Origin: an uncultured virus (IMG/VR IMGVR_UViG_3300030376_003962) | Lineage: Duplodnaviria; Heunggongvirae; Uroviricota; Caudoviricetes | Strand: one strand, 5' to 3' | DNA: 64,000 nt | Virus record (IMG/VR): IMGVR_UViG_3300030376_003962 | Shown here: positions 17,914 through 25,829 of the stretch, one piece after another | Position numbering within the stretch: the first letter of the stretch is position 1 | How the letters are laid out: every line of letters begins with the position of its first letter | The notes under the pieces: generated by a model | Databases searched by the model: none | Seen by the model: the letters and a program-made list of their open reading frames with translations, nothing else | What the model was told of the DNA's origin: nothing | Position numbers and translations under genes: made by a program

Positions 17914-19440
17914 TCAATATATGTTGCTACACATATCCTCTACGTCTTGAATTGTGTTAGAATCTACGGGGTACTTATCATCCCTGATTCTGACTATTCT
18001 AGGAAATCGCATACCATATGTGCCATCCTTGTTCTTGGTTATCGCATCACAGGTAACTTCCAGTACCACTCTTGGCAGGAAGAAGTATTTGTTATTGGTA
18101 TAACTGTCTACGATTCTCTTCAATCTAACTGATAGTTCATCCATCTCAGCATCAGATATTCCTGAACCCACTTTTCCAATCTCCGTGTATCCTGACTCGC
18201 TTCTGACTGATACACCGTAAGTAGCAATCATGCCTGCTTTCTTGCCATTCCCAAACTCACCCGAAGTTATAGTAACATCAAGTTCTATTCTAGGTGGTTT
18301 GAATTTCAAGAGCGATGTTGTTCTCTTCGATTGGTAAACAGCATCCAAGTCCTTTATCATAACACCTTCAAAACCTGCATTGATAGCAACATTGTATGCT
18401 GCTTCGACATTACCATGAGTGAATGACTGCGCGATATATTCTGATGGTATTGATTCCTCTAGATAATCTAGCCTATCGCTGTAGGTGTCATCTAGCAATG
18501 ATTGTCCGTTGTACATGAGACAATCGAAAACTGCTAACTTCACAGGACAATTCGCTATTGCCTTTTGCTTGTCCTTTGAGTGTACTCTTGTAGCGAGCGA
18601 TTGGTGTTTAGCAGGACTGCCTTCGGAATCCACAGGATATATCTCAGCATCTAATATTATCCCGTTACCCCATTGAGACATTAACTCAACAACATCCGAA
18701 TATTGGTCAGTCACTATCTTTCCCTTGCGATTGAATATAATCGTGCTACCGTAATCACGATGAATCTGATATCTATTTCCATCGTACTTGATATCCATGA
18801 TATACCTCTCAGGTAATTTACCTAGATACTTCTTGGCAAGCATGGGCTTCACATAATTACCATGCACTAATTGTGGTGGCTCAATGTTGTTCTCTAGATA
18901 GTGAATCAATCCAGTCAGTGAGTGACTGACAGAATGCTTCTTCACATCCTCTTGATAGTAATCAGCCATCGCCTTTTCAACAGTGCTTCTGTTTACTCCG
19001 TTTCTCGGTGTTCTCAACCAATAGCGGATAAACCACTTTACTTCCATAGCAGACATAGCACCGATGGCATCAGATATCTGCGTGAAGGCATCTGAGTTTA
19101 TCGTAGAGCAATCTAACTCCAACAACCTGTGAAACTCTGTTACGCTTATGTTTGAATCAGGTCTGTTTGCGGATAGGAACTCTTTCATCCCCTCTCCTAA
19201 GTCCATCCACCTATATGCAGAGTCCTCTATCTCATCTTCAAATACATCGAATATCTTAGCAAGCCATTTGATGGCCTTCTTTTCCCCAATGTTATTCTGA
19301 GCATACTCTAATGCGAGTATGCTGATTACGTCTTTTCTATCACTGAAATGCGATAGAGAAGAGTGAATTAGAAATCTCTTCCTTGTTGGTGTTTCATTCT
19401 CTAGTGACTCACACATCCTGCTGAATCTTATCATTGTCAT
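17914..19440 (-). CDS. lig: ATP-dependent DNA ligase
   Basis: KYDGNR (motif I), LDAE, FDCL, EGVMIK, KFK, RFPR. Confidence 0.95.
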   Translation of the reverse strand: MTMIRFSRMCESLENETPTRKRFLIHSSLSHFSDRKDVISILALEYAQNNIGEKKAIKWLAKIFDVFEDEIEDSAYRWMDLGEGMKEFLSANRPDSNISVTEFHRLLELDCSTINSDAFTQISDAIGAMSAMEVKWFIRYWLRTPRNGVNRSTVEKAMADYYQEDVKKHSVSHSLTGLIHYLENNIEPPQLVHGNYVKPMLAKKYLGKLPERYIMDIKYDGNRYQIHRDYGSTIIFNRKGKIVTDQYSDVVELMSQWGNGIILDAEIYPVDSEGSPAKHQSLATRVHSKDKQKAIANCPVKLAVFDCLMYNGQSLLDDTYSDRLDYLEESIPSEYIAQSFTHGNVEAAYNVAINAGFEGVMIKDLDAVYQSKRTTSLLKFKPPRIELDVTITSGEFGNGKKAGMIATYGVSVRSESGYTEIGKVGSGISDAEMDELSVRLKRIVDSYTNNKYFFLPRVVLEVTCDAITKNKDGTYGMRFPRIVRIRDDKYPVDSNTIQDVEDMCSNIY

Positions 19441-19642
19441 TTTTATTCCTCATTATCTTATCTAGTGCCTTATAGACATCTTCCATTTCTTTCATATTCA
19501 TTCTAACACCCTTCTTCGTAGGTGTTCCGTTAGAATGCCAGCGAATGTCAACTATGTCAACATTCCAATAATTGCCAGTTCTAACTATCAATTCGTCACT
19601 CCCATTCCTTGGGACTCTCACTATTATCTTATCATCCTTCAA
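19409..19642 (-). CDS. PC4/p15-family ssDNA-binding protein
   Basis: VDIRW...PTKKGVRM signature; probable TTG start at 19642. Confidence 0.75.
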   Translation of the reverse strand: MKDDKIIVRVPRNGSDELIVRTGNYWNVDIVDIRWHSNGTPTKKGVRMNMKEMEDVYKALDKIMRNKNDNDKIQQDV

Positions 19643-20030
19643 GCCAACCACCCTTAAACTGCTGCAAGTTCTTCCACGATTTGAAGTATCGGGGAGACTC
19701 TTGCTCATCTACTCTATGTACCACCCACACGACGCCACCAAGACTACTTATCTTAACCAACTCATATGTTTTTCCTCCTACCTCAAACATATCCTCTGTC
19801 TGAACATCGGGAACTAACCCGAATTTTTGTGATAGTTCGTTGGCAATCTCATCCATGTGTTCAGCGATATACTGAACGATTAGATGGCGTTGTATCGGTA
19901 CTTTAGCATCGACGGTAACTTTGATTTTACCATGCATCTCACAAACTCTGCACTTATTACCCTCACAGATAGGGCATGGTATCTCAGCAGGAAGCGGAGC
20001 AGGAAAACGAATAGTCACTGCTTTCTTCAT
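19632..20030 (-). CDS. Hypothetical protein with CxxC...CxxC
   Basis: CPICEGNKCRVC. Confidence 0.6.
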   Translation of the reverse strand: MKKAVTIRFPAPLPAEIPCPICEGNKCRVCEMHGKIKVTVDAKVPIQRHLIVQYIAEHMDEIANELSQKFGLVPDVQTEDMFEVGGKTYELVKISSLGGVVWVVHRVDEQESPRYFKSWKNLQQFKGGWLEG

Positions 20031-20488
20031 TGTCTGCCATCCCATACTCTGTAAACCACTTCGTAGTCAACTGTGACATTGAATGGGAAGGCTGCAAAGT
20101 GTAGGGTTGCATTACCGAATTCAGGTGCGAAACCGCTTGACCAATAATGCTGTCCTTGAACTAAATAACCCTGCATGTCCACCCAACTGTAATTGTTGAA
20201 TATCACGGAGTTGTTCGTGACCTCAAAGGATAGATGTGTTATGTTATACATGAATGATTGAAGTTCAATCGCTCCGTGACTAGCGTTGACATCCAGCCAA
20301 ATTGTCGGGGCATGTATCAGCGTTTCATTCGTTGAGTTATCCATAATCAATGTGAACTCACCTGTAAGAGTCATCCAGTCAGAGTCATTGGTCTGCCCGT
20401 CAAACTCATCTTCAGGCGGGTCGGGTAGTGCTTCAGTACATCCTGCTAGTAAAGCACCTACTATCATAAGCGTCATTATTCGGTTCAT
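20027..20488 (-). CDS. Predicted lipoprotein / surface glycoprotein
   Basis: Signal peptide with lipobox LAGC; 9 N-x-S/T sequons. Confidence 0.7.
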   Translation of the reverse strand: MNRIMTLMIVGALLAGCTEALPDPPEDEFDGQTNDSDWMTLTGEFTLIMDNSTNETLIHAPTIWLDVNASHGAIELQSFMYNITHLSFEVTNNSVIFNNYSWVDMQGYLVQGQHYWSSGFAPEFGNATLHFAAFPFNVTVDYEVVYRVWDGRQ

Positions 20489-20529
20489 GCTTCTCGCAAG
20501 TACAGGAAGGATAAATATGTTGCTACATT

Positions 20530-20616
20530 CTATTGGAAGATGCAGCCGAACTCTTCTAGAGTCGTTTGTCTCTCACCAAATGTAACACCGAATTCACTCA
20601 ACTTAGTCTGTCTCAT
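20530..20616 (-). CDS. 28-aa peptide with two PIP-box-like motifs
   Basis: MRQTKLSEFGVTFGERQTTLEEFGCIFQ; GGAGGGTGAAGA RBS; ATGA-coupled to the upstream ORF. Confidence 0.6.
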   Translation of the reverse strand: MRQTKLSEFGVTFGERQTTLEEFGCIFQ

Positions 20617-20741
20617 TCTTCACCCTCCATCATTCCTGTAAATGCCAAGCCTGTTAACAACTTGGTCTGTAGTTCTAACAGTAGTATAATCTCATCGAGT
20701 TTTCTTTCCACTGCTACTTCATGCCTATTGAATCTCTTCAT
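20613..20741 (-). CDS. 42-aa hypothetical protein
   Basis: MKRFNRHEVAVERKLDEIILLLELQTKLLTGLAFTGMMEGEE; coupled on both sides. Confidence 0.5.
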   Translation of the reverse strand: MKRFNRHEVAVERKLDEIILLLELQTKLLTGLAFTGMMEGEE

Positions 20742-20968
20742 GCTTTCACCACCGATTTAGGGAAGAATACGTCTTCCCAAACTGTCAGTTCTGCTTCAGT
20801 CATCTTGGTAGTGAAGATAGTTCCGCTACGCAGATGTATCTCCACATCAAACGTATTCCTCTTCAACATGCCTTCAGGTACTTCGACTACTGAATAAGCA
20901 GATACCTCTGCCATATTCAATGTCGTATTCCCTGCCGTTGTCGCCAGTTTGTAGAATTTATCTTTCAT
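20738..20968 (-). CDS. Hypothetical protein
   Basis: Coupled ORF with GGTGA RBS. Confidence 0.6.
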   Translation of the reverse strand: MKDKFYKLATTAGNTTLNMAEVSAYSVVEVPEGMLKRNTFDVEIHLRSGTIFTTKMTEAELTVWEDVFFPKSVVKA

Positions 20969-21159
20969 TCTTCATCACCTATCTCAATTATATCCATCAT
21001 TTCCTTCTGCGCAAAACCGTACTTAACATCCATTCCGAATCCTATCTCATGCATTATCTGCATCATAGTTACTATTCTCTCTTGGATGTGGTGCGGTGGG
21101 TCACAAGGTTCCCCATCAACATCGTATTGAATTGCTAGTGTCCAAAATTTCTTACTCAT
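20965..21159 (-). CDS. Hypothetical protein
   Basis: Coupled ORF with GGTGA RBS. Confidence 0.55.
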   Translation of the reverse strand: MSKKFWTLAIQYDVDGEPCDPPHHIQERIVTMMQIMHEIGFGMDVKYGFAQKEMMDIIEIGDEE

Positions 21160-21707
21160 TCTTCTTCACCATCCAATACATCTTCTGCTACCTTCACCCA
21201 ATCAGGTTTCTCAACAGGCTCTTGTTGGTAAATACCGTAGTATACCTTCTTCGCTATTTCTGAATTACAGTCATAGGCAATGAATTGATTATCACCTAGA
21301 ACTGTTGCACTCTCCATCATACCCTTCCATGAATGGATAGTTCCCCAATCAGTACCACTGAAGAAAGCCTGTCCGAATGGATGTGTGTGTATCCAGCATT
21401 TCAATGGTAACTTCATACCACCTAATTGTCCTTCTTGGTCTTTGAAACTAACAAACCCAAATGTTCCAACGCTGATATACAAGTCATCTTTGGCATCAAC
21501 AATAACCTGAACCTCTCTTGGCGAATCAAATGCCTCAAGAGACTTGTTCCATATCACTGTGTAGAATGCCTCAGTCTGAGGGTCGGGAAATGGATAGGCG
21601 AACTCGATTTGCTCAAACACAGTCTTGATGTCCTCTTTCCAACTTTCATCCTTAATCTCTAATCCCTTTATTCCATTATTATCATATTCTGTTTCATCTG
21701 TTTTCAT
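21156..21707 (-). CDS. JAB/MPN+ (JAMM) metalloprotease
   Basis: REVQV...WIHTHPFGQAFFSGTD matches E...HxHx7SxxD. Confidence 0.85.
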   Translation of the reverse strand: MKTDETEYDNNGIKGLEIKDESWKEDIKTVFEQIEFAYPFPDPQTEAFYTVIWNKSLEAFDSPREVQVIVDAKDDLYISVGTFGFVSFKDQEGQLGGMKLPLKCWIHTHPFGQAFFSGTDWGTIHSWKGMMESATVLGDNQFIAYDCNSEIAKKVYYGIYQQEPVEKPDWVKVAEDVLDGEEE

Positions 21708-21950
21708 TTATATTCCTCCCATTTGTGTTACTCTCTTGTCCTGTTCATTCTCAAACTCATGATATGCCCTATGACCTGCGATGAACCCACCTGCGTGTCT
21801 CTTGGTTCCCAAGAACTCTTCACCGCAAACAGGACATACAACCTTCACAATCTCTGCTCGCTTGTAATATCCATCTGTGGAAATTATGGTTATAATCTCC
21901 CCAATATCTTCTTCTGATAAGTCATCTATGTTTTCATCCTCTTTACTCAT
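21708..21950 (-). CDS. C2H2-like zinc-finger protein
   Basis: CPVC...GHRAYH. Confidence 0.55.
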   Translation of the reverse strand: MSKEDENIDDLSEEDIGEIITIISTDGYYKRAEIVKVVCPVCGEEFLGTKRHAGGFIAGHRAYHEFENEQDKRVTQMGGI

Positions 21951-21954
21951 TCTT

Positions 21955-22233
21955 TCACCTCATATATTGTCGAAGGCTTTTGATTCGCCTTGGTGCGACC
22001 AATCGAGGTTCTTCAACTATAACCTCTGTCTCTTCTATTTCGTTCTGTACTTGTTTGATGTCCATTCCCTTTTGCAAGGGGAGAAGTACACTCCTTCTAT
22101 ACTGTTCCTTCCACATGGCCTGAACGCAGCCGTCACAGAACTCAGCAGTCTCTGCCTTACTCTTGGTGATAGGCTCTGCTATCGCTCCGCATAGCGTCTT
22201 GCCGAGAAGTAAGAAATGAATTACCTCACTCAT
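21955..22233 (-). CDS. Hypothetical protein
   Basis: H...LCG...CDGC; in operon. Confidence 0.55.
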   Translation of the reverse strand: MSEVIHFLLLGKTLCGAIAEPITKSKAETAEFCDGCVQAMWKEQYRRSVLLPLQKGMDIKQVQNEIEETEVIVEEPRLVAPRRIKSLRQYMR

Positions 22234-22460
22234 TCTCCCTTCTCCTTGTAGGCAGGATGCTTCTTCGGCAACCTGTGCAGTCTTCTTACAATCATGTTGT
22301 TCACTAGATTGGATACTGAGTCAGCACCATCTGCGAATCTCTTGCTTGCAACATCATCACCTGAAGGACACATTCTATCTTCTAATTCTGTTAAGTCTAT
22401 TCTATCCATTATATATTTCAATACTTCATATTCAACGTGTATCTTTGAACTCGCTCTCAT
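22230..22460 (-). CDS. Hypothetical protein
   Basis: GAGGTGA RBS; coupled. Confidence 0.55.
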   Translation of the reverse strand: MRASSKIHVEYEVLKYIMDRIDLTELEDRMCPSGDDVASKRFADGADSVSNLVNNMIVRRLHRLPKKHPAYKEKGE

Positions 22461-22624
22461 TCTTCTTCACCTCTACATTTTACGCATGATAGATTCTGTT
22501 TACATCTACCACAAATTACTCTTGCTTTTGCTAGTGGCAGAAATGCACCTGCACTACTCGCTTCACCTAGAAAGGTCTCAAGCGGATAGTGACAGGCACA
22601 TTCCTTGCAGTCGCATTTACTCAT
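22457..22624 (-). CDS. 55-aa Cys-rich protein coupled to the E1-like gene
   Basis: MSKCDCKECACHYPLETFLGEASSAGAFLPLAKARVICGRCKQNLSCVKCRGEEE; ATGA overlaps at both ends. Confidence 0.55.
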   Translation of the reverse strand: MSKCDCKECACHYPLETFLGEASSAGAFLPLAKARVICGRCKQNLSCVKCRGEEE

Positions 22625-23238
22625 ACTTGCAACACCATCTTATCTACAACGTCATCGTTGTTGTTAAACCACTTCTGTATCCACTGTGTCGCAATACCAG
22701 CAATGGCTATGTTCATGCAATCCACTCCTTGGGGAGTGCCATCCCATTCTCCTGATTGGCAGGAGAAGGAACCCTCGTCACCAGCGAGAAATGCATCCAT
22801 CATCTTAGGGTCAATGAGGTACGAGATTAACGCGCCTGTTCGTCCTTGCGCTCTCAAATCAACCCACTTAATCTTAGCATCAGAGCCAAAGCCCTGCCGA
22901 TATAGTATACGCCTGACCGCTAGATTGTCTGCACAGCAGATAACCAAGTCGTAGCCAATCATCTGCTTCTCAATCAGAACGTGATATGGCTCATCTGATA
23001 CAGAGCCGCCTGCAACCGTGTTGTAGTTCCTATCTGATAGACACTCAACTTTCTTCTCACCTATATCAGACTCAAAGAAGTTCTGATAGGTGAGATTCTT
23101 TCTCTCAACACTATCTTCATCGAAGATTGTTATTCTATATCCTAGCCTTTGGAGGAATTGAGTTAGGAAACTACCTATTCCACCTGCTCCTATTATCATT
23201 ACATTTCTATTCATTCTTTTCATTTTCATATTTATCAC
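22621..23238 (-). CDS. ThiF/MoeB/E1-like adenylyltransferase
   Basis: IIGAGGIGS, DEDSVERKNLTYQ, KKVE, DLVICCADN, RR. Start may be at 23214. Confidence 0.88.
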   Translation of the reverse strand: MINMKMKRMNRNVMIIGAGGIGSFLTQFLQRLGYRITIFDEDSVERKNLTYQNFFESDIGEKKVECLSDRNYNTVAGGSVSDEPYHVLIEKQMIGYDLVICCADNLAVRRILYRQGFGSDAKIKWVDLRAQGRTGALISYLIDPKMMDAFLAGDEGSFSCQSGEWDGTPQGVDCMNIAIAGIATQWIQKWFNNNDDVVDKMVLQV

Positions 23239-23488
23239 TCATTTCTATTATTCTCATATCTATTTGTTGCTGTTGATAGTGATGCCACGCATCGACTATC
23301 TCATGTGTTATTCCATCCATCGTCGCACCGACGACTGAGATTGCATCTTCCAGAACAGTTCTCCTGACGACGTTCTTCAACTGCGGCAGGCTTTCATATT
23401 CTTCAATAAATTTACTGAAGTGGATTTGCATTCTTTTCAATGTGTTAATTACTTCTTCCATACTATCACTTCCATGTTCCATGTACAA
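23207..23488 (-). CDS. Hypothetical protein
   Basis: Helical ORF between TFB and E1. Confidence 0.5.
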   Translation of the reverse strand: MYMEHGSDSMEEVINTLKRMQIHFSKFIEEYESLPQLKNVVRRTVLEDAISVVGATMDGITHEIVDAWHHYQQQQIDMRIIEMSDKYENEKNE

Positions 23489-24350
23489 ACTCTGCTACTT
23501 TCATATTCAACAAGTCTTTCTTGTCTATGCCAAACCACTCACAAATTTCAGTTAACGATGCTCTTATCCCCATGATGGAACAGTTGCCTGATGCCTTGCG
23601 AATCAGTTCTTGTGTATGGTGTCTTTCATCTTCCATGACGGAAACCGCCCAAATAATAGCGCAAATCTTGTTTGGTGTAAACCTAACAGCGATTAAATCA
23701 CAGTATCGATTTACAAAATCAATCATGATGAGAGTGTTGTGTCTGTAATTGCTAGACACGTTATCCAATTTATCCAAGACGGTTGACGCTACTTGATTTG
23801 GGTTTATCGTAGATAGGATGTGTGACTTACGGAAATGCTTGGCTACTCTCTTACCGTATCTAGAGATGTATTTTCTCTCAACCATGCAGAAGTCACTATG
23901 CTTAGTGAGATTCATGGGTATCCCTGACTCCTTGATGATGTAGTAAGTCAAGGACGCTGACCTGTGTTCGACGGGTATACCATTGAATACACGCTCGCTG
24001 TTCAGCGAACGTAGATATGACCTAACCAACTCGACGTTCTTGAATGAGTAGTTAGACAATATCATCATACATTGATTGACTGTTCTGATGTCTGTCTCTG
24101 AGTCATTGCTTGCCCATTTATTGTGCTTCTTCATCCTGAACATCTGATTGGAGTCAGTTTCCATGATGATAGAACCCAATCTGCCCTTAGTAGGTTCACG
24201 TAGTCTCTTCCCGTTGTAGTCCACGCCTCTAACTGATTCCTCAAATGGCCTGACTACATGGACTAAACCACAATCATCACACACATTCTCACCTAGATGG
24301 TCATCGAAGGTGAATGAGGTACACCTGCATTCTGCACATACGCTGTTCAT
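23466..24350 (-). CDS. tfb: Transcription initiation factor IIB (TFB)-like protein
   Basis: Zn ribbon CAEC...GENVCDDCGLV, B-reader-like LGSII, two cyclin-like repeats (SASLTYY / CAIIWAVS...TQELI). Confidence 0.75.
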   Translation of the reverse strand: MNSVCAECRCTSFTFDDHLGENVCDDCGLVHVVRPFEESVRGVDYNGKRLREPTKGRLGSIIMETDSNQMFRMKKHNKWASNDSETDIRTVNQCMMILSNYSFKNVELVRSYLRSLNSERVFNGIPVEHRSASLTYYIIKESGIPMNLTKHSDFCMVERKYISRYGKRVAKHFRKSHILSTINPNQVASTVLDKLDNVSSNYRHNTLIMIDFVNRYCDLIAVRFTPNKICAIIWAVSVMEDERHHTQELIRKASGNCSIMGIRASLTEICEWFGIDKKDLLNMKVAEFVHGTWK

Positions 24351-25585
24351 CTTCTTTCACCTCTCATGTTGGGTTTCCCTTGATATTTCGCCTTCTCAAC
24401 TAATCTCTTGTTCAGTCTATATCTAGTAGACTTGATTTCACGCAGAGTCGATACCATTTGCAATGCCATTTTATCATTCTTCAACAGCATTGCTCTTGTT
24501 GCTATTTGGTCTCCAACCACATTCTTGCCATTTATGTCATCGATGCAGAATGGACCGCTTATCTTCCCATCATTACCATAGAACACCGAACTACATCTCT
24601 GAGTACCGGAAGTGTAGCCGTTTGGATAAACCAGCCAATCTCCAAGTTCTCCATGAACACATAATCCAAAATCAAGGGTTTTTGATAGTCCACCTAATTT
24701 ATCAGGTTGGAAAACAGGACTATTTACATTCACAAGAGTAATCGCATCATAAGTAGAATCCATATTCTGAAGAAGTTCAAACGCTCGCTCTTCCACAATG
24801 ACATCGGTTCTGTTCTGAAGAAGCCAAGCAGTCATCAATTGTAACTCTGATTCAGAAGCATGACTTCCGAACATATTGAACCAAAGGTTGGATGGGCTGA
24901 TGTTAGCCCACTTCTTGGAGCGTGAAGCACCGTTCCTGTAACAGTCGATGAATACATTAGCATCGTTTAGATTGGTTGATGCCCATACATTCTCCGAAAT
25001 CTCAAAGGCAATATCTTCCTTACCGATTAACTTGGTATTGATTTTCACCTTGATTTGTCTGCCGTCCTTGTAGAACCAGTAAGGTGTTCTGTTTTCCAGT
25101 GCATGTAGGACGTTACCTGAGTATGTGATGTTTCTTTCAATATACTCGACCATGTTTCTGCGACTTCTGTTCTGCGCTCCATAGGCAATTACCTTTGCAA
25201 GTGCAATCGCAACATCCTTCTGATTCTTCTTAACGCCATTCATATACCACTTGCTACCGTCTTTTCGCAAAACGATAGAAGCATCACCATCCTTGTACCT
25301 GAATGTGAAATAGGACATCTCACTAGAAAGAGCGTTGGATGAAGTATCCAAGTGCATGAAACTCCTGTGCATCTGCTCTGATAGAGTGTTCCAATATCCT
25401 TCCGAGTGATATTTCCTGTTACCCATTCTGTAGCAGGCTATCTCTATTTCACCATAACGATTCATTCTTCTGTTGTTCCTTCGATTGAAGTCAGGATTAT
25501 TGGTCTTGAATAGAAAGGAGGATGTCATATCCCTCTGACTTCTATAGTCCGTTCTCATTCGTGGTAGTTGTACTTTCATTTTCAT
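24347..25585 (-). CDS. Hypothetical protein (C-terminal GPFCIDD motif)
   Basis: ~412 aa, GGTGA RBS; no family recognised with confidence. Confidence 0.65.
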   Translation of the reverse strand: MKMKVQLPRMRTDYRSQRDMTSSFLFKTNNPDFNRRNNRRMNRYGEIEIACYRMGNRKYHSEGYWNTLSEQMHRSFMHLDTSSNALSSEMSYFTFRYKDGDASIVLRKDGSKWYMNGVKKNQKDVAIALAKVIAYGAQNRSRRNMVEYIERNITYSGNVLHALENRTPYWFYKDGRQIKVKINTKLIGKEDIAFEISENVWASTNLNDANVFIDCYRNGASRSKKWANISPSNLWFNMFGSHASESELQLMTAWLLQNRTDVIVEERAFELLQNMDSTYDAITLVNVNSPVFQPDKLGGLSKTLDFGLCVHGELGDWLVYPNGYTSGTQRCSSVFYGNDGKISGPFCIDDINGKNVVGDQIATRAMLLKNDKMALQMVSTLREIKSTRYRLNKRLVEKAKYQGKPNMRGERR

Positions 25586-25829
25586 TAATATCACCATTTC
25601 TTTTATTGTATAATTTCAAGTCGTATATCGAATACAACTCATCTTTCGTTAGTGTACTATATCCCTCGCGGATATAATATCTAATAGCATTGAGTATGAA
25701 AGTGGATGGAAACCTTCTAGGATTGGCCCTAGTATTGCGATACATATTGGATATTCTTGCCTTTGCACCAGCATTGATTAGACTAGATACAATTTCATCC
25801 TCAATTTCTAATATTTGCTTTCTATTCAT
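25542..25829 (-). CDS. Hypothetical protein (AT-rich)
   Basis: Coupled to the RNR stop. Confidence 0.5.
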   Translation of the reverse strand: MNRKQILEIEDEIVSSLINAGAKARISNMYRNTRANPRRFPSTFILNAIRYYIREGYSTLTKDELYSIYDLKLYNKRNGDINENESTTTTNENGL

